Source of the DNA: Eledone cirrhosa
Taxonomy: Eukaryota
Direction of reading: 5' to 3'
Assembly (NCBI GenBank): GCA_964016885.1
Contig: OZ024755.1
Span: 28,768,001-28,832,000, forward strand
DNA length: 64,000 bases
Shown here: positions 26,938 through 40,969 of the stretch, in pieces
How positions within the stretch are numbered: position 1 is the stretch's first letter
How the letters are laid out: each line of letters opens with the position of its first letter
Made by a program: the position numbers and the translations under genes
The notes under the pieces: model-generated
What the model saw: the letters and a program-made list of their open reading frames with translations, nothing else
The model's database searches: none
Told to the model about the DNA's origin: nothing

Positions 26938-27638
26938 GTGTGTATGAAGCTGGTTCAAAATTAAATGTGGAAGAAAAGACTAAATATTAGAATGTTTATC
27001 TAAAATATATATGTAAAATATGTATATATCCAAATTGACATCTTCATGTAAATGTTTCTAATAAATCGTAAACTATTTATATGGTCGTGATTATCTAATT
27101 AGTTACGCTAACTAATGTGTTTAATTTTAAAACGGAAATCTATTATAAGGAATAATGCAATACTCAAAGGGAATAAAATATATTAATTCATAAATTGTTA
27201 AACTAGTTAAAGCACAACTTATAAAGGTTGCAGTGAAGTAAAATCTAATATAAAATAGTATAATGATTAGAATCCGGGTTTAGAAATGTGAATTTAATTA
27301 TGAGAGATTGTATCGATTTATGTTGATACTTTTCAGAATCAATTACCATAAGATCAAATATTTATGGTTTTTAAGAATACAAATACCCATCACAATATAT
27401 AAGGAGACTTTGATTGGTTATATGTGATATAGATAATTCTATAATATATATTTGTATATATTTATATATATATATATAGTTGAAAAAAGAAAAAAAAAAA
27501 ATATATATATAATTGTTTCTACGTTAGGCACAAGGCCAGCAATTACCCACTGCATTACTGGTAATACATAATGTTGGTAATACACGAGGCTCGATAAGGA
27601 TAAATATATATCAAATATATAAGAACCCTAGAGCAAAT

Positions 27639-27667
27639 CCCGAGCAACGCCGGGCCATTCTGCTAGT
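27639..27667 (+). mobile_element. Helitron-type 3' end
   Basis: CCCGAGCAACGCCGGG hairpin followed by CTAG|T. Confidence 0.55.
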
Positions 27668-27722
27668 ATATTATAAAGAAGAGAGACGGTTTTATATGTG
27701 CATCTGCTTTTTATTATATAAT

Positions 27723-27793
27723 CCTGTTATACGTATTTTGAAGACGTCAAAATTGTTGCACAATAACCCTTTGGCGTGTTCTCTTCAGACAGG
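27723..27793 (-). ncRNA. Hammerhead with a G12-to-A lesion
   Basis: CCTGT-CTGAAGA...cAAAA-TACGTATA-ACAGG; stem III palindrome ATACGTAT. Confidence 0.65.
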
Positions 27794-28047
27794 AGGAAAG
27801 TTGTGGTTTTTTGTATTTGATATGTTACTGGAGCTAAGATTGTGGTAGCAGTCCCCTTCAGTAGTTATACAATTTAGGATGGCTAATATAGTACGCAGAT
27901 AGGAAACCGGAGACCCTATTTTTGCTAACATTCTTGGGATAGTAACTAGGTTAAGGTATCAAATTACTAGAGTGATCAGTCGTTCTGGTTGATATACGTT
28001 AAAGATTTGGTTCGAATAATTTGCTTATATATTCATTTTTCGTTCGA

Positions 28048-28315
28048 TCAGTGGAGACCTCTGGTGTCCTTGGCCCTAGGGCAACCTCCCTACTCACCAC
28101 GATCGGCACAGAGTTGGCTACCCGCAGGCGTTAGCCTTCCGAGCTGGAATGGCTCTTCCAGCGCGCCTCCCTCCCGATTTTCTGAGGAAACACCTTTATT
28201 CAATCAGCCGCTGGGGCTGAAAGGTGGCCAGCGCGTTGGACCCCATTTGCTCATACTAGTGAGAGATAGGGAGAGCGGGAGAGATGTGGGCAGTCACAGT
28301 GGGAGTTTGGTTCCT
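28048..28315 (+). mobile_element. CRE-clade 3' fragment
   Basis: VETSGVLG...ELEWLFQR plus the GGACCCCATTTGCTCA 3' UTR shared with other copies. Confidence 0.7.
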
Positions 28316-29042
28316 ATGTGTTGTACCTCGTGTATATTTATACGTTTCACAGACACACACTCACACTGAGGCAGTGAGGTCACAGAAAGCCTCCAGTGAC
28401 ACATTCTTAATAAACTTTATTTACAGGAGAAAGAGAGACAAATAAAGGAGTATCTACTTATTATAACGGAGAAAAACATTAGATTAAAAAACACACACAC
28501 ACACACCAACATGCACACACATTTATATATAAAGAGAATGAGATAGATAGGTAGATAGATAGATAGATATATAGAGAAAGAGATAATCAGAGAGAGAAGC
28601 TACGTTAACTCATATGATGACATAATATATACCAGGGAATTAAACATCAACTTGGTTCCTATTGATGACCACTGGATATGAATAATCTCTTATTCAACCG
28701 AATCGGTGATAATTTTGAATCCTGATTGAAGCCATATCTGTTCAATTATGATATAAGATTGAATAATAACTACACTTTTACTACACTGCTATCTAAAAGT
28801 GTTAACCTTCAGCATTTAAACCAGCCGTATCCGGCCAGAATTCTCTCACCTCTTTCTGTTTGATTTGGATTGGTTTTGCTTCCGTATATTTTATATCCCT
28901 ATAGGTAATTTAGCTGGCAATCAATGTTTATGATTATATATATATAGTCTATCAAAGTTCTTTCACCACACACCTGTGACATTACCAGTGGTACTATTAC
29001 AACTACGAGAGCAAAACCCTCCGTGTCCATTGTGTTTATATA

Positions 29043-29099
<57 letters not shown>

Positions 29100-29599
29100 A
29101 TAGAGAGAGATATATAGATAGATGCTGGTGTATTTGATAAAAAGTGAAAATAGTGCATCTGTATGAAATCTAACTTGTGATTCAAATTTCCTAAAGAGCC
29201 TCGTGATTCTGAATTCATCTGATGGGTGTTCTCTATATAATTAAAACATCCTTCGAAACAGATGAGATCATAATTTGCAAATTTCCTTTTTTATTTGTCA
29301 TTTTTGTAAATGGTTTGACGTTTTCTGCAAACAATTGTGTTCTATACCCGTGCTGAGATACTCACGCATCAAAAGTCATACTCACCCAGATGCGCATGTA
29401 CACAGACTTACACATGGCCCAGACTAAGATTTTGCGGTGAGCTGCTAAATGAGCTGTAACCACATCCTGCTAATATTGCAGCCAACAAATTTAACATGTG
29501 TCACGAGTTCTCGTTTTTCATATTTTAATTAATTGTCTAATATTTGCTCCACTAAATAATTCTAAGTTGCTAATCATATTTGCTTCAGTTCATATAGTC

Positions 29600-30270
29600 T
29601 ATCCCTATCCAGGGCGGGTAACATTCCCGAGATCCATGGACGAGTTCTCTCCAGCGGTCTCTGTCCCTCATCGACGCTGCCATCTCCTGCGTCTCAAACA
29701 GACCAGTGTCTGTCCTTAGAGCATCAACATATGTCAACCTCGGTCTCCCTCTTCTTGTGTATCTGTGCAGGGGCTCCCACAGGATCACTCAGTGCAGTGC
29801 CAACTCTGGATGTTGCTGAGCATGTCCGGCTAACCCCAATCACCTATGTGCTACTTCCGAACTGACTTTTGGAAGGCTCTCGTACAGATCTGAGCTCTTC
29901 ATCCTCAGTGTATACTGAGTAATGTTCTGTGGACCGTCACTGCCTGATGAGGATCTTACAGGGTTATGGAATCCCCAAGAAGATAGTGGACCTGATATCC
30001 CTGCTCTACACCAACCCCAAGCCCAAGTCATTACACCCGATGGGATGACTGAGTTCTTTGGATGACCGAGTTCTTTCCAGGGAGATACATTGGCTCTCTA
30101 CCTTTTTATCATCGAGGTGGACTATTGTATGCGCCTTGCACTGGAGAAACACCAGGACTCTGGCTTTACTGTAGCACTGGGTCAGAGTAGGAGAGTTAAG
30201 GCGAAAACGATATCAGATGCTGAATTTGCCGACGACATAGTTCTGGTGACAAACACAGTGAAGTTCATGT
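29600..30270 (-). mobile_element. RTE-group LINE with a 5' inversion
   Basis: C-terminus ILWEP...RRGRPRLTYVD...DRDRWR on the minus strand (29600-29930); RT motifs QGDTLA.YLFII and FADDIVL on the plus strand (29935-30270). Confidence 0.85.
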
Positions 30271-30361
30271 AGTGTAAGTGTAACATTAGAGGTTTCTTCC
30301 TCAGACCTGTCATTCATCTATCCTGCTGCATGAAAACGGAACACACACAGACACACACACA

Positions 30362-30438
<77 letters not shown>

Positions 30439-30679
30439 ACACACACATTTATAAATATTTCTACCTTCTCCATCTCATCAGTCGTTTTCTCTCTCACCCC
30501 AAGTAGCTTTTACCCGTTGCTTCTTCTCATTAATCTCTCTTTATCTCCTATTTCTAACCGTATCTTCCGATGAAGGACTAGTATCGGAAACGTTAAGACT
30601 CTCTTCCTGCTATTTCAAGCGATAAACTAATATAACTCTTCCATGTAGTGTGCTGATTGTTATGTTTGTTATATATATA

Positions 30680-31078
30680 CAATAAAGTTAAATCAAAAGT
30701 CAAATGTTTAAAATTTAGCTTCGTTTATTACTGCTATATATATCTTTGGCTGTGACCTCTTCAGTTCCTCAGTGAAATAACAACCCAACCAGGAACTGGG
30801 CATATCAGAGTATTGGCAATATTATACACCTCAACAACATATGTACTTGTCTATACCATACTAATTCAAACTGTCTGAAGAGGTCACAGCCAAAGATGGC
30901 TGTCACTGAAATATATATAGCAGTAATAAACGAAGCTAAATTTTAAACATTTGACATTTTATTTAACTTTATTTTACATTACTCCGGAGTAACCAAACCA
31001 GCCTGCGCACTTCGTCGACTGCTCCAGCCTGCTTACTGAGGTGTTGGTATACAACCAACATATACTCAAAATCTCTTT
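30680..31078 (+). mobile_element. Fold-back hammerhead element (ribozyme 30870-30924)
   Basis: ACTGT-CTGAAGA-ACAGCC/GGCTGT-GAAATATATATA-GCAGT-AATAAA; inverted arm at 30680-30765; tail to TA. Confidence 0.85.
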
Positions 31079-31086
31079 ATATATAT

Positions 31087-31272
31087 AGGAAAATATTCAA
31101 GACTCTGACGGCAGAGCTCAAGCCGTTTCGCCGGCTATTTCTGGACCTAGAAATAGCCGTCGAAATTGCTTAAGCTCTGCCGTCATTTTCCTATTACCCA
31201 CTCTACTACCCTAAGTATTGAGTACTCTGCTGCGTTATGGTCCACCTGGTTCCTTACCACACCTCCTTCGTT
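31087..31272 (+). mobile_element. Family B fold-back element
   Basis: Homologous to 15008-15190. Confidence 0.8.
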
Positions 31273-31299
31273 ATATATATATATATATATATATATATA

Positions 31300-31620
31300 A
31301 GTTAAAAAAAACAATAACGAAGAGCGCAGTACAAAGTGTTAGTATTAGGTTCACGCTTGAGAGGGGGGGGGGGCAACGTTTCGGGTTAAGCCCTTCATCA
31401 GGAGAAAAGTGGGAAGGAAAAGAGTTGCGACGGTGTGAGGGGGAGTATATCTCTTGGCAATACTCGCGCGATTTCTCGAATATTTGGTCTGCTCTGCTGA
31501 CTTGGACTCGGCAACCTTCCTGCATATCTTTACCAAACTATTAGCATAGACCCTACCGTTCAGGCTCAACAAGATGAATATTAAATGGCTACTTTGGTAT
31601 TTAGTACTCCTTTCTCCCAG
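31300..31620 (-). mobile_element. Penelope-like terminal repeat with hammerhead core (31375-31402)
   Basis: CTGATGAAGGGCTTAACCCGAAACGTT; the downstream sequence is homologous to 52830-52950. Confidence 0.65.
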
Positions 31621-31811
31621 CTGTCAACCACATACATATATATATATATAAATACATACACACACAGTTTGAAAGTAAACCAATCTTAAATAGAGAGATG
31701 GGGATCAATAACCAGATCAATAACGATCTAATAATCAATTGATCCAGAAACATTATATGGTGTAGTGAAACAATTATAAACTGACATTATTATTCCTTAC
31801 ATTCCTTACAA

Positions 31812-32128
31812 TCCGAGTTCAAATCCCGCCGAGGTTGACTTTACCTTTCATCCTTACGGGGTCGATAAAATAAAGTACCAGTAATACACTGGACAATTGC
31901 TGGCCTTGTGCCTAAAGTAGAAACAATTATTCCTTACATGGTGGATTGGCAGTATCGGTAGAGGGTCGGACGCCATGCTTTACAGCAAAGAGTTACGGCC
32001 CTTTATGATCTGAGTTCAAATCCCGCCGAGGTTAACTTTGCCTTTCATCCTTACGGGGTCGATAAAATAATGTACCAGTAATACACTGGGGTGTTGCTGG
32101 CCTTGTGCCAAAAGTAGAAACAATTATT
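31812..32128 (+). mobile_element. Two tandem SINEs
   Basis: Both match the SINE consensus. Confidence 0.85.
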
Positions 32129-32257
32129 ATACCTTACATTAAACTACAATAACACTCTTTATTCCTTACATTAAACTACAATTACACTCTTTAACTAACG
32201 TCTTCCATGTGAATATTGTGGTCTTGTTTTGCTTAACTAACTAATTAATATAAATAC

Positions 32258-32312
<55 letters not shown>

Positions 32313-32465
32313 CATATATATATATATATACACACTCTAAAATGCTCTATATCTTTATGATGTATTGTTTTTGTTTATGCCACGAAACTACGTAGTCGAG
32401 GAATCTAGAAGCAGTTTAGGTATGATACATTTTATTACTAATTATATCTAAATGTTTCTTCTCTC

Positions 32466-32500
<35 letters not shown>

Positions 32501-32544
32501 GAATACATATATATATAAATAAATACATATATATATAAAAATAT

Positions 32545-32815
32545 ATTATTAGAAATGTTAGCTATCGCCGTATTTTGACTAAAGAAATTAAAGAAATTAT
32601 TTAGCCTGATAGTGGGGTTAAGAACCCTCGAAGAAATGGAAAAAGATGAGTATTGACGTACATGTACGTCAATACTCATCTTTTTCCCTTTCTTCGAGGG
32701 TTCCTAACCCCACTATCAGGCTAAATAATTTCTTTAATTTCTTTAGTCAAAATACGGCGATAGCTAACATTTCTAATAATTTCAAATCCACTCGCTGTTT
32801 CGAAAATATTCTTAA
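32545..32815 (+). repeat. Perfect-centre palindrome (about 118-bp arms) of a retroelement fragment in (TA)n
   Basis: Centre TACATGTA at about 32659-32666; homologous to 16100-16220. Confidence 0.85.
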
Positions 32816-34836
32816 TATAAATATATATATATATATAAATAAATATATATAAATATATAAATCAATAAATATATATAAATATATAAATAAATATACATAT
32901 ACATAAATAAATAAATAAATATATATATATATATATATATGTTTGTGTGTGGGCAAATTTGTTACTTTGTACACGCGTGTTTATTATGTTATTTGAAAAA
33001 AGTTGTATGACAAACATTACTTGATAAATTACTATACGAAGAAATAACATACATTACAGCATTTATCCTTCTCTCTGTTGTATTATTTAGAACGATTTTC
33101 ATAAGTAGCTACTTTTCAGCTTTTTTCTACATTGCTATAAACTCTTTTATTCTAGATTCGTTTTCTTTATTGCTATTGTTTCTTACTATATTTTATCACA
33201 TAAATAGAAGCACAGCTTCGAACCCTAGTAAAAAAACGAAACAATCGCCATTTTGTAAGAATCTGAATGGCTTTATGAAGTTTACATTAAGTATATAAGT
33301 GCAATCTCATATTTTGTTTAGTTGTCGGTATAAAGTACAAACAATACAAATATATCAAGGGAAGATTTAAAGATTATAAATAGAAATGTTGACTGTTCTG
33401 CAATGTTATGTCTCATATTTGTATAGCAAGTCCAGTATTGTAACAGAATAAAAGGTCGCATTATTCTCAATTTACTGTTGAGCCAATCTGCGTTTAAATT
33501 GTAAATCTCATTTTGTTAGGACATAAAAGTTGATAAATAATCCTAGATAGGTTTTCGAATAAAATATTCCAGCTTCTAACCACGAAATTCAAGTACTGAA
33601 CCAACATTTATACATATTTCAGATTAATTTCATTCATGGTAACGCTTCCTACAGAGATAATGCGAGAGTTATATACACAGCCTGCAGATGCAAATACGAA
33701 TATTTAAAGAAACACACGTCTCGCTCAAAACGATTTTATATTTTACTTGCAATTTTTCCATGTTTGCATGGTTAAGCAATTTCATATATCAAGATTCAGA
33801 GCTCAAATAATCTCTCTTAAAATGTCATTTCTATAAATCTATGCTGCAGCTAAAACGATGTTTCACTGGAAATTCTGCAAATAATTCAGAATTATAAATT
33901 GTATGTTTGAATGTATATATATATATAGTACAATAAGTAACATGAATATAACAACACTGCATAAGAATTAGAGAACTAGTGTTAAATATTTACTTGAGAA
34001 ATCTACGAACCAATTTAATTCAAAAGGTTAATGATACATTTTTGTAATCAACTTCAACTTTCTGACTCTAAAATTTATGCTTTTCTCAGTATAAAACAAT
34101 AATAAAAATAACCACCGTTTATTTGTAGTGGAAAAAATACATGTATATACTCATTTCTTTTATTTTTATGGACCAATATTTTTATGTCGGGAATCAAAAA
34201 TTTATCAATGGATATGATGTGTTTACAAAAGAAACTTTTATTTAAATATTTCTCATGAATAAAAATCAGGATCCTCTATTCTAAGCTACACGAACATGGG
34301 AGAATGCATTTTGAAATTTACAGTGTGATGCAAATATTTGCAGCAGCGTACGAATAGAAATGTCGCCAGTTATTTAAATTGTAAATAATAATCTCCAAAT
34401 CTACAGAAAATTACTATCAGTTGCGCACATATTTCAATTTACATTGAAAATAAATTTTATGTATATATTTATTTATCCTTCAGTTATCTTTTAAAATATG
34501 TTGAAATATAGTTTTGACATTTCATGACGATCATGGACTATTTTATTATTTAGTTCTTGCGCAAATAATATCTTAGTTAAAATGCACGTATGAAATAGTT
34601 CACAGGGTGATAGAACGTGATATTTATATGACAAAGGTGACCACTTATCCTTAGGATTCTGCTGTAGTTGGCACTATCAACGCACGACGGGGTTTCCTCC
34701 ACTCCCTCTCCCTCTTTCTTCTACTGGCAAGTTCAGCTACCCCTTCCTTCCACAAAATGCCATGATAGAATTGTGTGTCTCAACAACAAACTTTTGACCA
34801 ATCCTTGTGACAATCACTTTTACCATATATGGAATT

Positions 34837-34931
34837 ACCCCCTGAGAAGCTCGGCTATTGATGTACCAGGATAAAAATGTACATTTAGTCCAGAATTAGC
34901 CGCGAAACGGCTTGATCTCAGCCGTCGGGGT
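34837..34931 (+). ncRNA. Family B complete type-I hammerhead fold
   Basis: ACCCC-CTGAGAA-CGGCTA/TAGCCG-GAAACGGCT..AGCCGTC-GGGGT. Confidence 0.7.
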
Positions 34932-34941
34932 CCTACTCGTT

Positions 34942-35590
<649 letters not shown>

Positions 35591-35612
35591 TATATGTATA
35601 TGTATTTGTATG

Positions 35613-35658
<46 letters not shown>

Positions 35659-35937
35659 CATGCAAACGTGTTTTTTCGTTTGCGTATGTATGTGTGCATG
35701 TGTACCTGTTTATCTGTGGTTGACTTTAAATGCTATTCATGGTATTCATATAAATATGCTAATTGCTATAAAATGGCCATATTACTCTCTGATCAGTCAG
35801 TTTGAACGTTATGCATACAAACTGACCCACCTGTGTAAATAATCATCTCAACGTACAACTTGCAGAATAATCATATATTCCCACTTACACGCGCGTGCAC
35901 ACACACACACACACATATGTATATATATATATATATA

Positions 35938-36151
35938 GTAATAATAATAAATTTGAAGACTAAAATACAAAGAGGGCTCAATAAGGATAAATATATATCA
36001 GATATATAAGAACCGTAGAGCAAATATTTATTAAAATAACGGATTAAAGTTTAAGCAAAGAATCGCTGCTTTCACCCTTAACGGGATCTAGTTTCAGTAG
36101 ATCGCGTTAAGGGTGAAAGCAGCGATTCTTTGCTTAAACTTTAATCTGTTA

Positions 36152-36160
<9 letters not shown>
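35938..36160 (-). mobile_element. Family A fold-back element
   Basis: Homologous to 19975-20285, with TA flanks. Confidence 0.8.
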
Positions 36161-36208
<48 letters not shown>

Positions 36209-36302
36209 ATATATAATATATATACATATGTGTATATATAATATATATATATATATGTATAAATAAATATATATACATATGTGTATATATAATATATATA
36301 TA

Positions 36303-36438
<136 letters not shown>

Positions 36439-36520
36439 TTTTGCGAAAACCAACCAAACAGTGAGTGTGTTCTGTTATTAATTCTGGCAATATTACACAA
36501 ATGTGACCCTCACCAAGTAT

Positions 36521-36558
<38 letters not shown>

Positions 36559-36559
36559 A

Positions 36560-36660
36560 AAACGTTTGTATTTGTAAAGTAAAAAGCAATGCAGGTATGG
36601 ACATAGCTGCATTGTTTTGTCCATACCTGCATTGTTTTGGCTTTACAAATACAAACGTTT
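36560..36660. repeat. Fold-back with about 45-bp arms next to (TA)n
   Basis: AAACGTTTGTATTTGTAAAG...CTTTACAAATACAAACGTTT. Confidence 0.75.
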
Positions 36661-36759
36661 ATACCTCATTACACAATGCTTCAAGTGAACTATAATTTCC
36701 TCCATATATATATATATACAGGCACAAATTCAGAGACATACGCACACTTATATAAATAT

Positions 36760-36925
36760 AAGGAGGTGTGGTAAGGAACCAGATGGACCATAACACACCA
36801 GAGTACTCAATACTTAGTGTAGTAAAGTGGGTAATAGGAAAACGTTTTGACGGCTATTTCTGGACTCCAGAAATACCCGTCTAAATGGCTTGAGCTCTGT
36901 CGTTGGTGTTAAATATTTTCCTATG
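36760..36925 (-). mobile_element. Family B fold-back element
   Basis: Reverse-complement homology to 31087-31272. Confidence 0.75.
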
Positions 36926-37160
36926 AATATATATATATTCAAAAGCTTTAACCTAATAAACTACTATTTGAACTGCCTCTCTGATTTTGCTCCTGTCTAA
37001 TATTTAACTATATATAAATATATATGTATGTACGTGTACATACTTATATTTAAGTAACAGCCGTACTAAGAGTGGGAAATGAGATTTCGTTTCATTTTTC
37101 CGTTTATCGTTTTCGGTGCACCCATTATATATTTCGATGCATCCATTATATACATATATA

Positions 37161-37220
<60 letters not shown>

Positions 37221-37280
37221 TATATATATTTATATTTATATATATATATATACATATATATATTTATATAAATATATATA

Positions 37281-37385
<105 letters not shown>

Positions 37386-37749
37386 TATATATATATTTAT
37401 TTATATTTATATGTGGTGGCTGCCAACTCGTCTTCGAGTACGGCCACTACTTTATATCCATGTAGGAGAACCTCCACCGATGCGCTGAACGAGTGTGACT
37501 TTTTTGTCCAGCCAGCGACTCAAACACACTGGTACAAACACTACACATGTGACAATTATTGACACATAGTGCTGGTCCCATGCTACCATGTGACGACAAG
37601 TGCAGAGAGATCTCCAGATATAAAGCAATGCCTGTGCCGTGTAGCTTTTATAGTGAGCAAAGGCACCGCACAAAGCCAGTCCCACTATCTTAACCAAGAA
37701 GATATTTACCAAAAAGAAGAACAAGTCAACATCATTGGATACCATAAGA

Positions 37750-38023
37750 GTTGCAGGTATTATATCAGAGTTTTCCTTCTCCTAGAATTCTGCCTAGACA
37801 AAGGCTAAGGGGTCATCTCTCCCGGTGATTTTGGATGGTCATTGACTCTTAAGAGCTCCTTTGCCCTTTGACAGGTTTTGTTTTTAGTCCTGCAGGATGT
37901 CCAAAGTCACTCTCCTCACCAAGAAACCTTGGTGGAGTTGCCAGTTTAGTCGCCAACGAGCCGACCATGAGACAGGTTGTACTGGGATACATGTTACCAA
38001 TAGCACCAACTGGTGACCTGACA
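37750..38023 (-). mobile_element. RTE-clade 5' UTR
   Basis: CTAGGAGAAGGAAAACTCTGA motif typical of RTE 5' UTRs; homologous to 47089-47285. Confidence 0.6.
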
Positions 38024-38039
38024 TACATACATATATATA

Positions 38040-38070
<31 letters not shown>

Positions 38071-38154
38071 ATATACATACACATATATAAATATGTATAT
38101 ATATATATATATATATATACATATATATATTTATCTATATATATATATACATAC

Positions 38155-38185
<31 letters not shown>

Positions 38186-38200
38186 CATACATATATATAA

Positions 38201-38276
<76 letters not shown>

Positions 38277-38279
<3 letters not shown>

Positions 38280-38440
38280 AACAAGTAAGACGCCGACGGC
38301 TGAGCTCAAGCCGTTTCCAAACGGCTGGAGCTCAGCCGTCGGGGCCTTACTTGTTCCTATTACCCACTCTACTACCCTAAGTATTGAGTACTTTGGTGCG
38401 TTATGGTCCACGTGGTTCCTTACCACATTTCCTTCGTTTT
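38277..38440 (+). mobile_element. Family B fold-back element
   Basis: Palindrome plus tail, with TA flanks. Confidence 0.8.
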
Positions 38441-38465
38441 ATATATATACATATATACATATATA

Positions 38466-38509
<44 letters not shown>

Positions 38510-38641
38510 CATATATATTTATATATATATACATATATATATACATATATATAAATATTAATATAAGCAGAACAAGCAAAATTCAACCAATTTTTTAAAA
38601 TAAATTAAAAAATATAATTTAAATATTTACCTATTCATATG

Positions 38642-38724
38642 GCTCTTACCGATCGGTTTCGCCTTGTAAAACACCAGAGACCCAATGGATTTCTAATGGA
38701 AAATCAAGGCTCATCAGAGAAGCA
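38642..38724 (-). ncRNA. Intact type-I hammerhead ribozyme
   Basis: TCT-CTGATGA-GCCTTG..CAAGGC-GAAACCGATCGGTA-AGAG; palindromic stem III ACCGATCGGT; AATAGGTAAAT downstream. Confidence 0.85.
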
Positions 38725-39362
38725 TTTTCCCTTCCTAGGGCTAAGGACCCAGGAACGATAAAATATATTGTTATCTGCCAGCTAGCACAGATCCAAAAGG
38801 CCGAAAAATGACCTGTACGTGAACTACCCGAGTTGAAAGCGGGAAAAACATAGACGTGTTGTCTATCTCGTTATTAAAAATAGCAGCTAAATAGAAACAA
38901 CATGATTGTTCTCAACAAATGGAGGGTGATAGAAGAAGTTAGTAAGCCCGTAGGTACTAAGTACCCCTGGAAATACATAGGTTGTCTATGATTTAAGGTT
39001 GTTCTATGGTATCAATTTGACATACCAGAACTATAATATTAATATAAGCAGAATATGTATATATATATATATATATAGCATTAAATGGAGTGAGAATAAG
39101 AAAGCAAGTACAGGTGGGGGATGTTTCCTCATCGGTTTTCTACTGGGGGTCTCGGATATTTCCAGGCTTTAAAGACAGTCTATCTATCACCCTGAGCGTT
39201 CAATAACTGGGTAAGTTATTGGGAAAACGGGGTGGGAGATAAGGTAAATAGAAAGGATTAGTTAACCTCGACGGAATACTTATATATGGTTTATATATAT
39301 TATTATATATATGGAGGGTAGTACTAAGAACTAGCCAGTTACCAGTATGCGTTACCAGTTAC

Positions 39363-40200
39363 CATATAGTAATATATAGCAATATATAGTAATATATAGC
39401 AATATATAGTGACATTTTGTGATATATAGTAATATATAGTAATGTATATAGCAATATATAGTAATATATAGTAATATATAGCAATATATAGCAATATATA
39501 GTAATATATAGCAATATATAGTAATATATAGCAATATATAGTAATATATAGCAATATATAGTAATATATAGCAGTATATAGTAATATATAGTAATATATA
39601 GCAATATATAGCAATATATAGTAATATATAGCAATATATAGTAATATATAGTAATATATAGCAATATATAGCAATATATAGCAATATATAGTAATATATA
39701 GCAATATATAGTAATATATAGCAATATATAGTAATATATAGCAGTATATAGTAATATATAGCAATATATAGTAATATATAGCAATATATAGTGACATTTT
39801 GTGATATATAGTAATATATAGTAATGTATATAGCAATATATAGTAATATAGAGTAATATATAGCAATATATAGCAATATATAGCAATATATAGTAATATA
39901 TAGCAATATATAGTAATATATAGCAATATATAGTAATATATAGTAATATATAGCAATTTATAGTAATATTTAGTGATATATAGTAATACATAGTAATATA
40001 TAGCAATATATAGTAATATTTAGTGATATATAGTAATACATAGTAATATATAGTAATATATAGCAATATATAGTGATATTTAAGAATATATAGCAATATA
40101 TAGTGATATATAGTAATATATAGCAATATATAGTGATATATAGTAATATATAGCAATATATAGCAATATAGAGTAATAATATATAGCAATATATATAGTA
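39363..40200. repeat. 10-bp satellite (AATATATAGY)n
   Basis: About 80 units are directly visible. Confidence 0.95.
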
Positions 40201-40319
40201 ATAATATATAGGAATATATAGTAAGCTCAGCGGATTTGAACTCAGAACGTAAAGGGCCATAACTCTATGCTGCAAAGGACGGTGTCTGACTCTCTACCGA
40301 TACTGCCCTACCATAATAA

Positions 40320-40685
40320 TTTTGGGGGACTTTCCTGTACATACTAACTGGACCATAAAAGCTAATAGACCAGATATCATTGTAAAAGTCCAACATAGCA
40401 AGGTCTGTTTAATGATTGATATGAGCTTCACATGTGATCACAACATCGCGGCGAAAGAATTTGACAAGCTAACAAAATATAAAGATCTGCTTATAGAAAT
40501 CGAAAAAAATGTGGCACCTCAAGGCCGTTAAAATACCAGTGATTGTAGGAACACAGTGACTGATCAAGAAAGGAACAGAACAGTATATGAGAATGATCCC
40601 TGGTTTACCCTCTCTGCAAAAGGTACTACAGAAACATGTTTTAACTGCTACTGCACACGTATTGAGAAGAGCACTATCTTTGTAA
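40320..40685 (+). mobile_element. R4/Dong-clade RLE C-terminal fragment
   Basis: DFPVHT..TIKANRPDII...MIDMS...KEFDKLTKYKDLLIEIEK/MWHLK..IPVIVG...LRRAL*. Confidence 0.8.
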
Positions 40686-40969
40686 GAATGACATCCATGC
40701 ATGTGTGGATGAGTGTGCGCGTGCGTGCAGGGATATGTTTTATTTATATGTATGTATATGTATGTATGTGTACATATGTGTATGTGTATGTATTTGTATG
40801 TGTGAGTGCATGTCATCATCATCGTCATCATCATCATCATCGTTTAACGCCCATGTTCCACGCTTGCATGGATATACATATGTTTGTGTATGTGTCTGTG
40901 TGTGTATGGAAGCGTGCGTATGTGTGTGTATGGATGTGTATAGGTGAGTATATATGTATACGTAATATA

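Noticed and set aside
29216-29268. CTGATGG...GAAACAG hammerhead-like motif
   Set aside because: A9 is missing and no stem III or cleavage triplet forms.
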